Below the pieces are notes generated by a model. That model saw nothing but the letters and a program-made list of their open reading frames with translations, ran no database searches and was not told the DNA's origin. Made by a program: the position numbers and the translations under genes. Shown piece by piece: positions 53,084-64,000 of a stretch of DNA of 64,000 bases (positions are counted from its first letter, which is position 1; each line of letters begins with the position of its first letter). This stretch comes from Macrostomum lignano (Eukaryota), in the NCBI GenBank assembly GCA_002269645.1, contig NIVC01001654.1, positions 124,001 to 188,000 of the forward strand. Reading direction: 5' to 3'.

Positions 53084-53749
53084 TTAGCGCACATAGTAGT
53101 CTCCAGCGATGTCCTTCAGGCTGGCAGGCAGGTAGGCGACCTTCAGCAGGTGGCACAGCAGCTGCTGACGAGCGAACAGCACAGCGTGGCAGTCAGCGCT
53201 GGCCTGGCACAGCGTGGCGCACTCGATGTCCGACCTGGCAGCGATGGTCCAGAAGGCCTCGGTAGGCACACCAGCAGTGATAATCGAATGCGGTCTCTCT
53301 AGCCGATGGAACCCGTCAGCTGAAAGGATTAAGGCTTAACTGACAATTAACCTCGCTAAAGTGACTCCAGCTACTTATTCAGCGAGCTCACAGGTGTACA
53401 CCTGGGCGAAAACCGAATTTCGGCTGCTGCCGCCGCAAATCTGACGCGAGTTTCCAGTGCAGGTCATGTTGCAGTCGGCCTCATTAGCGACTCCATGCAG
53501 TCCGTAGGAGTTCCCGCAGAAACATTGCGAGCGGAATTGCACACCGAAGTAGCGATACTTGTCCTGCGAGCAGGTGTCGCTGCAGAACTTCCGTGACATG
53601 CTCACATCATCAAAAATCGTGCGTCCGTTTAAGTCTCTGGACAACGCACGGTCTGCAAAGCAGCCGACATAGGAGAACCTGATGACCTTTTCGGCCGAAA
53701 TGGCTATCAGAAAAATTGAAACAGAGTAGGCTATCGAATATAAACTCAT
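53084..53749 (-). CDS. Secreted WSC-domain + PAN/Apple-domain protein, copy A; exons 53749-53392 and 53319-53084, about 197 aa
   Basis: Hydrophobic signal peptide; WSC motif YVGCF..C...C..YFGVQFRSQCFCG..CNMTCTGNSRQICGG; 72-bp phase-1 intron GTGAGC..TTTCAG; second exon with the PAN pattern ECATLC..DCHAVLF..LCHL. Confidence 0.85.
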
Positions 53750-54750
53750 ATTTTGCGTGCTTTTTGGGCTGAATTGATTCGGAGACAGCCAGTTCAGTAT
53801 CTATCCATTCTTCGGCTCTTATAAAGATTTTGTTCATTCAGTTCTTGCTGATTGGTCGATAATTTTAGTATTTAGCTACAGGCTACAGCCTACACCTTTT
53901 CCCAGTGCATTTCAACAAACCTTCGCTTCCAGGTCCGACATTGAGTGCGCCATGCTGTGCTGTGCCACCTGCTGAAAGTCGCTTATTCTGCCTGCCAGCA
54001 TTTTACGGCAAAATAATGTGCATAATCCTAGCTGACAATTTACAGGCAGGGCATCGAAATTACCAGTCCATTGGCCGGTACACAAGCGCATTTCTGAAAA
54101 CCGCAAGCTGGAGCTGTTTCGTTTTACCCGTTCGTTGAAGTTAAAGTCTTCAGCATTTTGCTGGATGAATTATACATCCTTGTACATCGACTGTTCGTAC
54201 TGAAGTTGTACCATAGGTGCAATAGCGCAGTGCACAAACGCGCAAATTCTGACCACGGTGTGGCCCGCAAAATCGAAGGACAATATGGATGGGCTGCATC
54301 GAAAGAAACCAGCTAACCTGCCTCGACGTTTTCGCTCGTTTCTGCCCTATGCAGCTCATCAATTTTGGCTTTTACTCCAAAAGACGTGAGGTGCTACAAT
54401 TCATGTTATCCAAAAAATGAGACCTTAAACAGACTGAACTGCTACTGTAGCGACGTGGGTTCGAATTATGACAGTGCAAATCCTTTTATTTAAAGCTTTT
54501 TTAATGTAAAGAAAACTTCATGTAAAAAATGAAAGAAGCATCAAGTCAGACAAAAGAAACATCATGTAACAAAGCGTCGTGTAAAAAAACTTCATGTCAA
54601 GCATAAAAAAAGCGTCTTGGGGAGAATTGCAGAGATGTCAAGGCTTACGTTCCGTGGAAATTTCTGAGATGTAAATCCTGAGCTCAGAAGCTACGAATAG
54701 CTACTTTATTCAGAAAGATTTTCATCTACTTCCGAGAGATGAAAAATTTT

Positions 54751-54756
54751 TATAAG
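54751..54756 (+). promoter_or_regulatory. Candidate TATA box (TATAAG) 74 bp upstream of the copy B ATG, mirrored at 53818-53823 for copy A
   Basis: TTTATAAGAG is conserved at the same distance from the ATG in both inverted copies, close to where their upstream homology ends. Confidence 0.45.
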
Positions 54757-54824
54757 AGCAGAAGAATGGATAGATGCCGCACTCACTGTCTCCGATTCAA
54801 TTCAGCCCAAAAAGCACACAAATT

Positions 54825-55486
54825 ATGAGTTTATATTCTATAGCCTACTCTGTTTCAGTTTTTCTGTTAGCCGTTTCAGCCGAAAAGGTCATCAGGTTCT
54901 CCTATATCGGCTGCTTTGTAGACCGTGCGTCCAGAGACCTAAACGGACACACGATTGATGATGTGAGCATGTCACGGAAATTCTGCAGCGCCGTCTGCTC
55001 GCAGGACAAGTACCGCTACTTCGGCTTGCAATTCCGATCCCACTGTTTCTGCGGTAACTCCTACGGACTGCATGGAGTCGCTAATGAGGCCGACTGCAAC
55101 ATGAACTGCACTGGAAACTCGCGTCAGATTTGCGGTGGCCACAGTCGAAATTCGGTTTTCGCCCAGATCTATACCTGTGAGTTCGCTGAATAAGTAGCTG
55201 GAGTCACTTTAGCGAGGTTAATTCTCAGTTAAGTCGCTTCATCCTTCCAGCTGACGGGTTCCATCGAGCGGAGAGATCACATTTGATTATCACTGCTGGT
55301 GCCTCTACGGAGGCCTTCTGGACCGTCGCTGCCAGGTCGGACATCGAGTGCGCCATGCTGTGCCAGGAGAGTGCTGACTGCCAGGCTGTGCTGTTCGCTC
55401 GACAGCAGCTGCTGTGCCACCTGCTGAAGGTCGCCTACCTGCCTGCCAGCCTGAAGGACACCGCTGGAGACTACTATGTGCGCTGA
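54825..55486 (+). CDS. Secreted WSC-domain + PAN/Apple-domain protein, copy B; exons 54825-55176 and 55251-55486, about 195 aa
   Basis: Paralog of copy A in inverted orientation; 74-bp phase-1 intron GTGAGT..CTTCCAG at the same position. Confidence 0.87.
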
Positions 55487-56829
55487 TGTTCCCAGAGCGG
55501 AGTCTTGAATGCTGAACTGGAGTTTTAATTCCATTGATCAAATTTTAGAAAAGTTGAAATTATTGAGCAATTATAAACTCGACTCCGAATGAGAGATGCA
55601 GACTTATTGACTAGTCGGTTACAAACTGCCAAAATCTTTGAGATCTCATTTTTTTGTCTGATAATGGCTCTTAACTAGCCTCATTTTTCTGCTTGAAACT
55701 GCAGAGCATTGTTGTAAAACCAAGGCAGGTAAAGTATAGAAGTTATAGTCATTTTAATGAGCAAATATACTGATAGAACAACTGAACACAGCGCCGTTCT
55801 GTTGTCATCAGCTCTGAATCACGTGACAACTGTCTTTCTGGGAATAATGCCCCCAGAGACAGAGTAGGAGTAGGCAACGTTACGAAGAGAAGATATTTTT
55901 AGACACACCAAAAAGTGGCAGAATGGTGGTTTCTTATCTGAGATATCTGCCATATTCGTTTCGACCAAGGCTTTTGCTACTTTGTTGTTAAAATGACAGA
56001 TATAAAAAAGATGGAAAATTTGTCTTTCAAAAATTCAAATTCCTGATTAGTGTTAGTTGTAGTTATGGTTCAGTATACATACATCTGTTTGTTGATATTG
56101 ATTTTCCGCTTTATACTTGACGAAAAGGCCTACGGGAGTTCAAGCACGGAAGTATTCTTCAACACAACACATTGGCTTCGCAAGCTAGGCCACCCCCCGC
56201 AACCAACTCAGCCCACAGATGCGAGAATAACTAGATAACTCAGCACATTTGCGTGTAAGCTACTTTCAGTTCAGTAGTAGGTTAAACGAAAGCATTTGAA
56301 TGTATTTTCAAAGCCAAGGCTTATTTGTTAGCTCTTAACCCCCCAGCTTAAACCTTCCAACCGCGCCTTTCCACACTACCCTCCGCCCGCCACCAATTTT
56401 AATTGCCTTTCTCGGAATTCCAGCCTAAAGCTGCCATGTACGTTTCAGTGGACTGGCTAATGTACATTAATATTGCTAAACTAATTAGCAAGTTGTTTAC
56501 GCCTGCAAGCTTGGGCCCGCTTAACTTATCAAAGTCATTTTAGCTGCCTTTTTTATAAAATAGATTATGTATTCTTCTTTGCTACTGAACTGAAAGTAGA
56601 ATGCCTGAGTGGCCCATGTACTCATTTTTAGTAGCTACTCGTATCTGTGACCCCGCCTAGAACGCCGTCACTGCAAAGTAAACAAGCGCCAAACAGCAAA
56701 AGTACACAGTGCTCAGAATTTCTCAGTCAACGACAGCTTCTAACACATCGGAGGTGCCAAGGATCAACATCTTGCCACCAGAGCGATTCCTGCCTCAACA
56801 GGGCCGTGGAATGAGTCGTGGAAAAGCCT

Positions 56830-57565
56830 TTTTGGCAACCATCTGTTGGCGGCGGACTTCGACACTCAACCAGATGGAATCTTTGCAGCGATGCAGCCAC
56901 CGCGCACCATCTCAAAATTCGAATCGTAAACAGACATCGCTGGACGAGATTCGACGAGACCGTGAAGCTGCTGAAGGAGCAGTTTGGTGGCAAGACTGGC
57001 GGGCTCGTGCGAGTTCGGCGGCATGATGGATGAGATGATTCGCGACCAGAGATCGTGGAGAAGGTCATGCAGCGACAGGCGGATGCTCATCGAGGAGGGC
57101 CTGACGTTGAGGACGGCGGTGACGCTGAGCCAGCAGTGGGAGACTGGCATTGAGAATGGCAAGTCGAGGCGGGGCGAGCGGATGTCCGGCGGAGGCGGCC
57201 ACAACAGGCGAGAGCCAAAGTGTCCATAATTCTATCGGAGAGGACCTACCGGAAGCTCGGGACCAAGGTGCCGCTGCAGCCATCTACCAGGAAGCTCATC
57301 ACGTACAACGGCAAAGCTATCGACACGCTGGAACAAGCGGTGCTGTCAGTCAACTACCGCGGGCAGAGGGTGCCGTTCTTCTGCTTCACAGTAGTATGTC
57401 AGGGATCCTACATCATAAGCACCGATCTGATGCAGCAGCTCAGCTTCCAAGTGGTGGACACGGACGGTGACCTGGTGCGCACTGTGGACGATACCAGTGA
57501 GTCAAATGTGTCAAAGGTCGGCGACTGCATGTACATCAACGAGCACCAACGGCGATTCGAGTGAA
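56830..57565 (+). pseudogene. Ty3/Gypsy (Mag-like) gag-protease relic with multiple deletions and frameshifts
   Basis: Fragments FDETVKLLKEQFG, MIRDQ, LTLRTAVTLSQQWE and the protease-like IILSERTYRKLG..LQPSTRKLITYNG lie in different frames; no LTRs seen. Confidence 0.7.
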
Positions 57566-57860
57566 TCCGAGCAGTCGGACTCGCTCCGTCGCAGTGGTAG
57601 CTATGGGAATGTGGTGACGACTCATTGCTTGCAATTTCTGCAAAGAAAATTCGAACTTCAAAATTTTTATTTTCGAATATTCCTTTTCGACCGTTTTTGC
57701 GATTGTGACTCAAAATCAAAACGTAGATGGTTTTCAGGTAGGTACATTTATTAAGTATAGCTTGTAAATATACTTATCGAAAGGCCAGCGTAATTAGTTA
57801 AATTGTGGCTCAAACCACTCAAGTCTATCTCAATATAACAACTTGCTGCAGAGCTAATTA

Positions 57861-58493
<633 letters not shown>

Positions 58494-58850
58494 TTATTGC
58501 ATTCTTGAAATACAGTTAGAGACATGCTTTGCCTCGCGAAAAGCATCGTCATAAGGAATCAGTTTTCTGATGAACTTGAGAAGACAAAACACGTTGATTC
58601 TTCTTTTGATTAAAATGGAACAGATTTGCTTTAATCCTGAGCAGCCAGCAAACTTTTCTGGCTGCAATAAATTAATTGTCATAATTTTTAGGGCATCAAT
58701 GTGGCCAGATCACTCCAAGGCCACTTTTTGAGGGAACTGGCCCAATTGTGTACCATCTGACTCCTACCCGCTTCTGGCCACTTTGTGTGGTCGGTGGGAG
58801 TTCTTTGTTGTTGTTTCTTTAAGGTCAGTCGGCCACTTTTGATACGAGTA

Positions 58851-59015
58851 TATGATCGCCTATGATTTATGATCGCCTATGATTTATGATCGCATATGAT
58901 TTATGATCGCCTATGATTTATGATCGCATATGATTTATGATCGCCTATGATTTATGATCGCCTATGATTTATAATCGCCAATGATATATGATCGCCTATG
59001 ATTTATGATCGCCTA
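58851..59015. repeat. 17-bp minisatellite (TATGATCGCCTATGATT)
   Basis: Period 17 (58851, 58868). Confidence 0.93.
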
Positions 59016-59081
59016 TGGAGCTCTTGAATCGGACGGAAAAATGAATGGTGACTGGGGCCGCGACCTGCCTGTCAGGTAAGT

Positions 59082-59304
59082 GAGGGAGCTGTCAGGCTGT
59101 CAGTCACTGAATGTTCATGAGGGAGCTGTCAGGCTGTCAGTCACTGAATGTTCATGAGGGAGCTGTCAGGCTGTCAGTCACTGAATGTTCGTGAGGGAGC
59201 TGTCAGGCTGTCAGTCACTGAATGTTTATGAGGGAGCTGTCAGGCTGTCAGTCACTGAATGTTCATGAGGGAGCTGTCAGGCTGTCAGTCACTGAATGTT
59301 CATA
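59082..59304. repeat. 37-bp minisatellite, 6 copies (GAGGGAGCTGTCAGGCTGTCAGTCACTGAATGTTCAT)
   Basis: Period 37 (59082, 59119). Confidence 0.95.
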
Positions 59305-59858
59305 ACTACATGATTAAAGTACATGAAATCAATTTGCAGACTGATAGAGCTTATTCTAAGAGCAGGTGCTTGAATAATCACGGAGCATGTACACACAACA
59401 TTTAAAACAATAAAAGTACATCTTAAGTATTTATCAGTATTATATGCAGTAAAATTCCTCGAACATAGATTACTGTTTCATGCAAATAACTGCTACCTGT
59501 GCATTTGGCTTGAATATGTCATTAAACAGCATTGGCAATTGGGTATTGAAGTCCGCAGAACAAAATCGCTGAGAAAAGCCCACGTCAAAGCAGAAACGCA
59601 GTTTGAAGGGAAAAAGCAATTCAGCATGCAGTGTGAATTGAATTGCAGCACAAATGTACAAAACTGCAGTTCACAGCAGGAGGGCTGCTCTCACTAAACT
59701 AGCTCATTTTCTAAAAGCTAAAAGACAGACAGATTTAGGACACGCAGATCCCTCATCAAGCCAGCATGCAGACGACTGAAATAGACCGTTTCTGGCCATG
59801 CATGCCAAGTCAAAATGTAAAGACGATTCAATGTGTTTCAAGCAGAACACGCTTTCAA

Positions 59859-62800
59859 TTAAAAGCAAAAATAATAAAACAAAAGTCTTCTTCTCTGACC
59901 TCGACTTTGCGACTCGACTTTAAGGGCTCCAGCCACTGCATCAAGACTCTCCAGCTTCTGCCTGACCCAGCCGATCTTCTCCTCGTCCTGCGTCTCCATG
60001 GCGACGCGTCTCTCTTTCTCGATCATCTTTATCTGCCGCAGGCTGAGCTCCACGTGCTCGCGGCAGTCGCTGTAGTGAGCCAGAGTGAGCAGCTCCTCCA
60101 AGTCCGGGTCTCCAAGCAGCTCTCGCTTCCAATCCTTTAGTTTAATTGCAGGTGCGCGATTGCGGAGCAGCTCAGCTTGGAGACTCCAGCTCAGGCAGCG
60201 GAAGTTCACGTACAGGTGGGAGGAGAGAGGCTGCGACAGTCTGGCTGTGAACAGAGTCTGCGTGAACTCGGGAAGGAATGGGAAGCGAGGCGGAGAGTCG
60301 CAGGGGAGGCAGAACCTCCACGCCCAGTCTGAGTCTTCTGGCAGTTTTCTAATGTAGCTCTCTTCTCGAATATGCTGTGGCTTCAACCCTGACTCAACCT
60401 GATATCTCTGCAGCTCCATCGCGAGTCTCTCAGCCTCCTCAGATTCTCCGAACTTCAAATGCGCCATGGCGGTCATGCACAGGGCGGCGCACTTGCACCA
60501 CTGCAGCTCATGAAGGAGACTGAGCTGACTCATCAGAGTGTCTCTGTTGCTCGATTCCGACTGCAGCTCGCTCACACACTGGTGCACCACACTGTACACG
60601 TCTGCGAACTTGTAGTAAAAGTCATCGCTATTACTTCCTTCTCTGATGTCCGAGACAGAAGACGGCGCTGTCAGGGGTAGCAGGGTGAACGGGTGAAAGT
60701 AGAATTTCTCTGACTGCAGAGGTCTCACGAGTCTCCTCAGCTGCTCGACCACTCCGCCGATGTCGCTTCTCAGCTCACAAAGTCGGTCTCGAACCCTCGC
60801 CTTCGTGTTGTCGAAGTCGCCGCCGATTCCAGCGTTCTTGAAGTAGAGCGGAGCGTCGGGCATGAAGAAGTGCGGCATGCACTCATCGGGCGAGCTGCTC
60901 GAGTCGATGAAGCTCAGCATCATGTCGAGAGACTCCTTGAGCAGAGTGATCAGATTGTCGGGCTGCCAAGCGTCAGTTTCAGGATCTGTGCCATGCTTCT
61001 CCAGCATGAAGAATAGCAGAGTCTTTGCATGGTAGGTCTTGAGTCCAGGTGTGTCCAGAGTGAGCGGCAAGTGTCTCTTGAAGATGAACTTGATGAGTGT
61101 GAACAGCTGGCCCTGCACTGTGCTCAGGTCTCTCATGATGTATTTCTCTTGGAAGCTGAAGCTCACTCTGAGCTCGTTGGTCGAGCTCGGTCTGGTCGCC
61201 CGAACGAGGTGAACACTCACATATTTATCAGGAAGCAGTTTTCTAATTCTGTTATGACAGAATCTGCTGCAGCAGTCGATCGCATGGCACGTGTCCTGTG
61301 CAGGCCGCACACCGCACGGCGTGGCTGTGACAGCAGGTTGGCTGCCTGCAGAGCGCAGTGAGCGGAGAGTCGCTTTGTGGCGAGTGGCACCGCTATGGAG
61401 TTGATGATGGGCAGAAATAGAAAATTAATTTTAATATGTGTGCATGGCATTGCATAATAATTTTTTCATAACCTATGAGAAAGGTGCGATCAAACTTAGG
61501 CTAAAGTTGTGAACTCTGAAGTTCAGCCACTCGGTATCTAATAAATAATTGAGCTTGGATTGGCATGTGGGTTCTAATGGTGAGCTCAGCTTCACTGACC
61601 TGCTCCGACTGGCACCTGTGCGTGGCCCTCCTTGACACGCAGTTGAGTGGGGTCTCTGCAGATACCCCCGAGTATTGTTTTTTTATAGCAGCCACCTTTC
61701 AGATGGAACTGCTGTCCATCAACCAGCACAGTCCAGTCAATGTCCGAGTCTGCAGCCGTCCTGCCGTTCACTTGCACCAGACTGTTGGCCCAGCCCTCTG
61801 CGTAGCTGCCCGTCATCTGCCTGCGATCGCCATCCTGTGTAAGGACTGAAGCGACTACTTGCAGCCAGTCAGCCAGTCTCTGCTGACACTTTGCTCTCTG
61901 CTCGGTGAATCCCGCATCGCTGAGCAGTCGATGCAGCTCCTCGCTGAGACGGCGGTCTTGCTCGGAGTGGTCCGAGAGTCTGGATGGAGATGTGAGAAAG
62001 GAGTCAGAGGATTCGGATTACAGGCAGGCCTAAGCTCAACCGAAGCAAGAAAAGCAGGGGGCAGTGAAAGCGGTCAGACTCACGAGTGGAGGCGTTGAGC
62101 GGCTGCCTGCAGGTGCTGTGGGTTTCTGGAATGTGTGAAGGAAAGGGAGGTAAGTTGGTGAAGTGATTGCAAGTACTCGTAGAATGGAAACTAACTGCAA
62201 CTGACTCGGTGGCATTTAGCAGCCTCAGCACCTGCCGCTGCTCAAATCGCTGTGCGAGCTGCGCACACGTGAGGCCCTGATTGTCTCGATGACTGGCATC
62301 GGCTCCATTGTCGATGAGAGTCTTGGCTGCTCGCACGTGACCGGCTTGGCAGGCTCGTGACAGAGCAGTGCGACCGTGAGTGTCTTGTGCGTGCAGTGAG
62401 GCGCCGAGATGGATGAGTTTGTGAATGAGTTCGTGATGACCTGCATCAGCTGCGAGCATGAGAGCGGTGGCTCCGGTGTTGTCGTCTGGGAGATCGACAT
62501 GCTGTGTGCTGAATCGGTGATGATTGAGCAGTGAGGTGGCAAGAGCGACGAGTCTTTGAGACATGGAGATGCGGAGGAGCTGTGTTATTTGAGCTGGCGC
62601 CATTCGAGAAAGGGTATCAGTGAGAACAGAGTTCCTGCCTTCGATGGCCATAGCAGCAGTGAAGCTGAGGATGGTGCTGTATTGGAGGAGCCATTGGGGC
62701 TCGAGGCCGACGGAGGCAACGGCATTTTCGTGAAGACGAGTGCAAGCCGCGACCGCGCACTGGAAACGGAGATTCGCTTCTAGACCGGGACTTGAAAGAC

Positions 62801-63887
62801 GAGAGATGAGGAACTTGACGATTTCAGAGTGACCACAGATTGCAGCCTTTTCGGCAGCTTTGATGCAGGTGTCCCTGTTTGATTGCTCATTGATTTGTGG
62901 GACGAGAAACTTGACGATTTTAAAGTGACCATTGATTGCAGCAGATATGGCAGCTTTGATGCAGCAGGTGTCCCTGTTTGATTGGTCATTGATTTGTGGG
63001 ACGAGAAACTTGACGATTTTAAAGTGACCATTGATTGCAGCAGATATGGCAGCTTTGATGCAGCAGGTGTCCCTGTTTGATTGGTCATTGATTCGTGGGA
63101 CGAGAAACTTGACGATTTTAAAGTGACCATTGATTGCAGCAGATTCGGCAGCTTTGATGCAGCAGGTGTCCCTGTTTGATTGGTCATTGATTTGTGGGAC
63201 GAGAAACTTGACGACTTCAAAGTGACCACGGATTGCAGCAGATTCGGCAGCTTTGATGCAGCAGGTGTCCCTGTTGGATTGGTCATTGATTTGTGGGACG
63301 AGAAACTTGACGACTTCAAAGTGACCACGGATTGCAGCAGATTCGGCAGCTCTGATGCAGCAGGTGTCCCTGTTGGATTGGTCATTGATTTGTGGGACGA
63401 GAAACTTGACGACTTCAAAGTGACCACTGATTGCAGCATTTTCGGCAGCTCTGATGCAGCAGGTGTCCCTGTTTGATTGGTCAATTATGTGTGGGACCAG
63501 AAACTTGACGATTTCAAAGTGACCATATTCTGCAGAATTTTCGGCAGCTTTGATGCAGCAGATGTCCCTGTTTGATTGGTCAATTATGTGTGGGACCAGA
63601 AACTTGACGATTTCAAAGTCACCAATTAATACAGCAGTTTCGGCAGCTTTGATGCAGCAGGTGTCCCTGTTTGATTGGTCATTGATTTGTGAGAGGAGAA
63701 AATTAGCGATTTCAAAGTGACCATTGATTGCAGCCTTTTCGGCAGCTTTGATGCAGCAGATGTCCCTGTTTGATTGGTCATTGATCTGTGGGACGAGAAA
63801 CTGGACGATTTCAAAGTGACCACGAATTGCAGCAGCAAAAATGTGTTCCGTGGTCGGTCGCTGATGTCGGCTTTGACTTTGACCCAT
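59859..63887 (-). CDS. Ankyrin-repeat cGAS-like receptor (Mab-21/cGLR nucleotidyltransferase); predicted exons 63887-62206, 62125-62084, 61979-61600 and 61345-59859, about 1196 aa
   Basis: GT-AG introns of 80, 104 and 254 bp give a continuous 3591-nt frame. Features in order: N-terminal MGQSQS; 10.5 near-identical 33-aa ankyrin-type repeats plus canonical ankyrins; NTase signature TGSYAEG..DSDID; third-Asp strand QDTCHAIDC; Mab-21 motifs HLV, LRVSFSFQEK, LKTYHAKTLLF and CMPHFFMP. Confidence 0.85.
62810..63835 (-). repeat. 99-bp coding tandem repeat (about 10.5 units) encoding 33-aa ankyrin-like repeats
   Basis: Unit GHFEIVKFLVPQINDQSNRDTCCIKAAESAAIN is repeated with very high DNA identity; one unit lacks a codon. 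Confidence 0.95.
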
Positions 63888-64000
63888 TGTTCTAAAAAGC
63901 CGTATTGGATAAAAAAGGTTAAGTGGGAGAAAAAAGGAGAATGGCAGGAAGAGGAGAGGGAGTGGAAATACAGCTTTGTAGCTGTAAATTTTTTAATGAA

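Noticed and set aside
62004-62205. C-terminal tail of the 627-aa ankyrin ORF as a standalone gene
   Set aside because: It is read-through of an intron and of the micro-exon in the wrong frame; the spliced model restores a continuous frame into the NTase domain.

Overview
Eukaryotic (animal) genomic DNA with spliceosomal introns. Repeat content and gene style suggest a free-living flatworm such as Macrostomum, which is inference only. About a quarter of the window is tandem repeat, with roughly 20 different microsatellite, minisatellite and satellite arrays. Mobile elements: two young LTR retrotransposons 20 bp apart (a Mag-like Ty3/Gypsy with a deleted RNase H core, and a BEL/Pao with identical LTRs and a perfect TSD), a satellite-carrying TIR element, two copies of a tRNA-derived SINE, and mariner, Tc1 and Gypsy relics. 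Host genes: an intronless 40S ribosomal protein S2 embedded in satellite, a two-exon class A peptide-type GPCR, a putative PRAS40/AKT1S1-like gene, and a head-to-head inverted pair of small secreted WSC+PAN proteins. The most notable gene is a four-exon, about 1196-aa protein in which a potentially myristoylated N-terminus and a recently expanded, surface-variable ankyrin array are fused to a cGAS-like (Mab-21/cGLR) nucleotidyltransferase with an apparently intact catalytic triad. All family assignments were made by eye from motifs and no searches were run.
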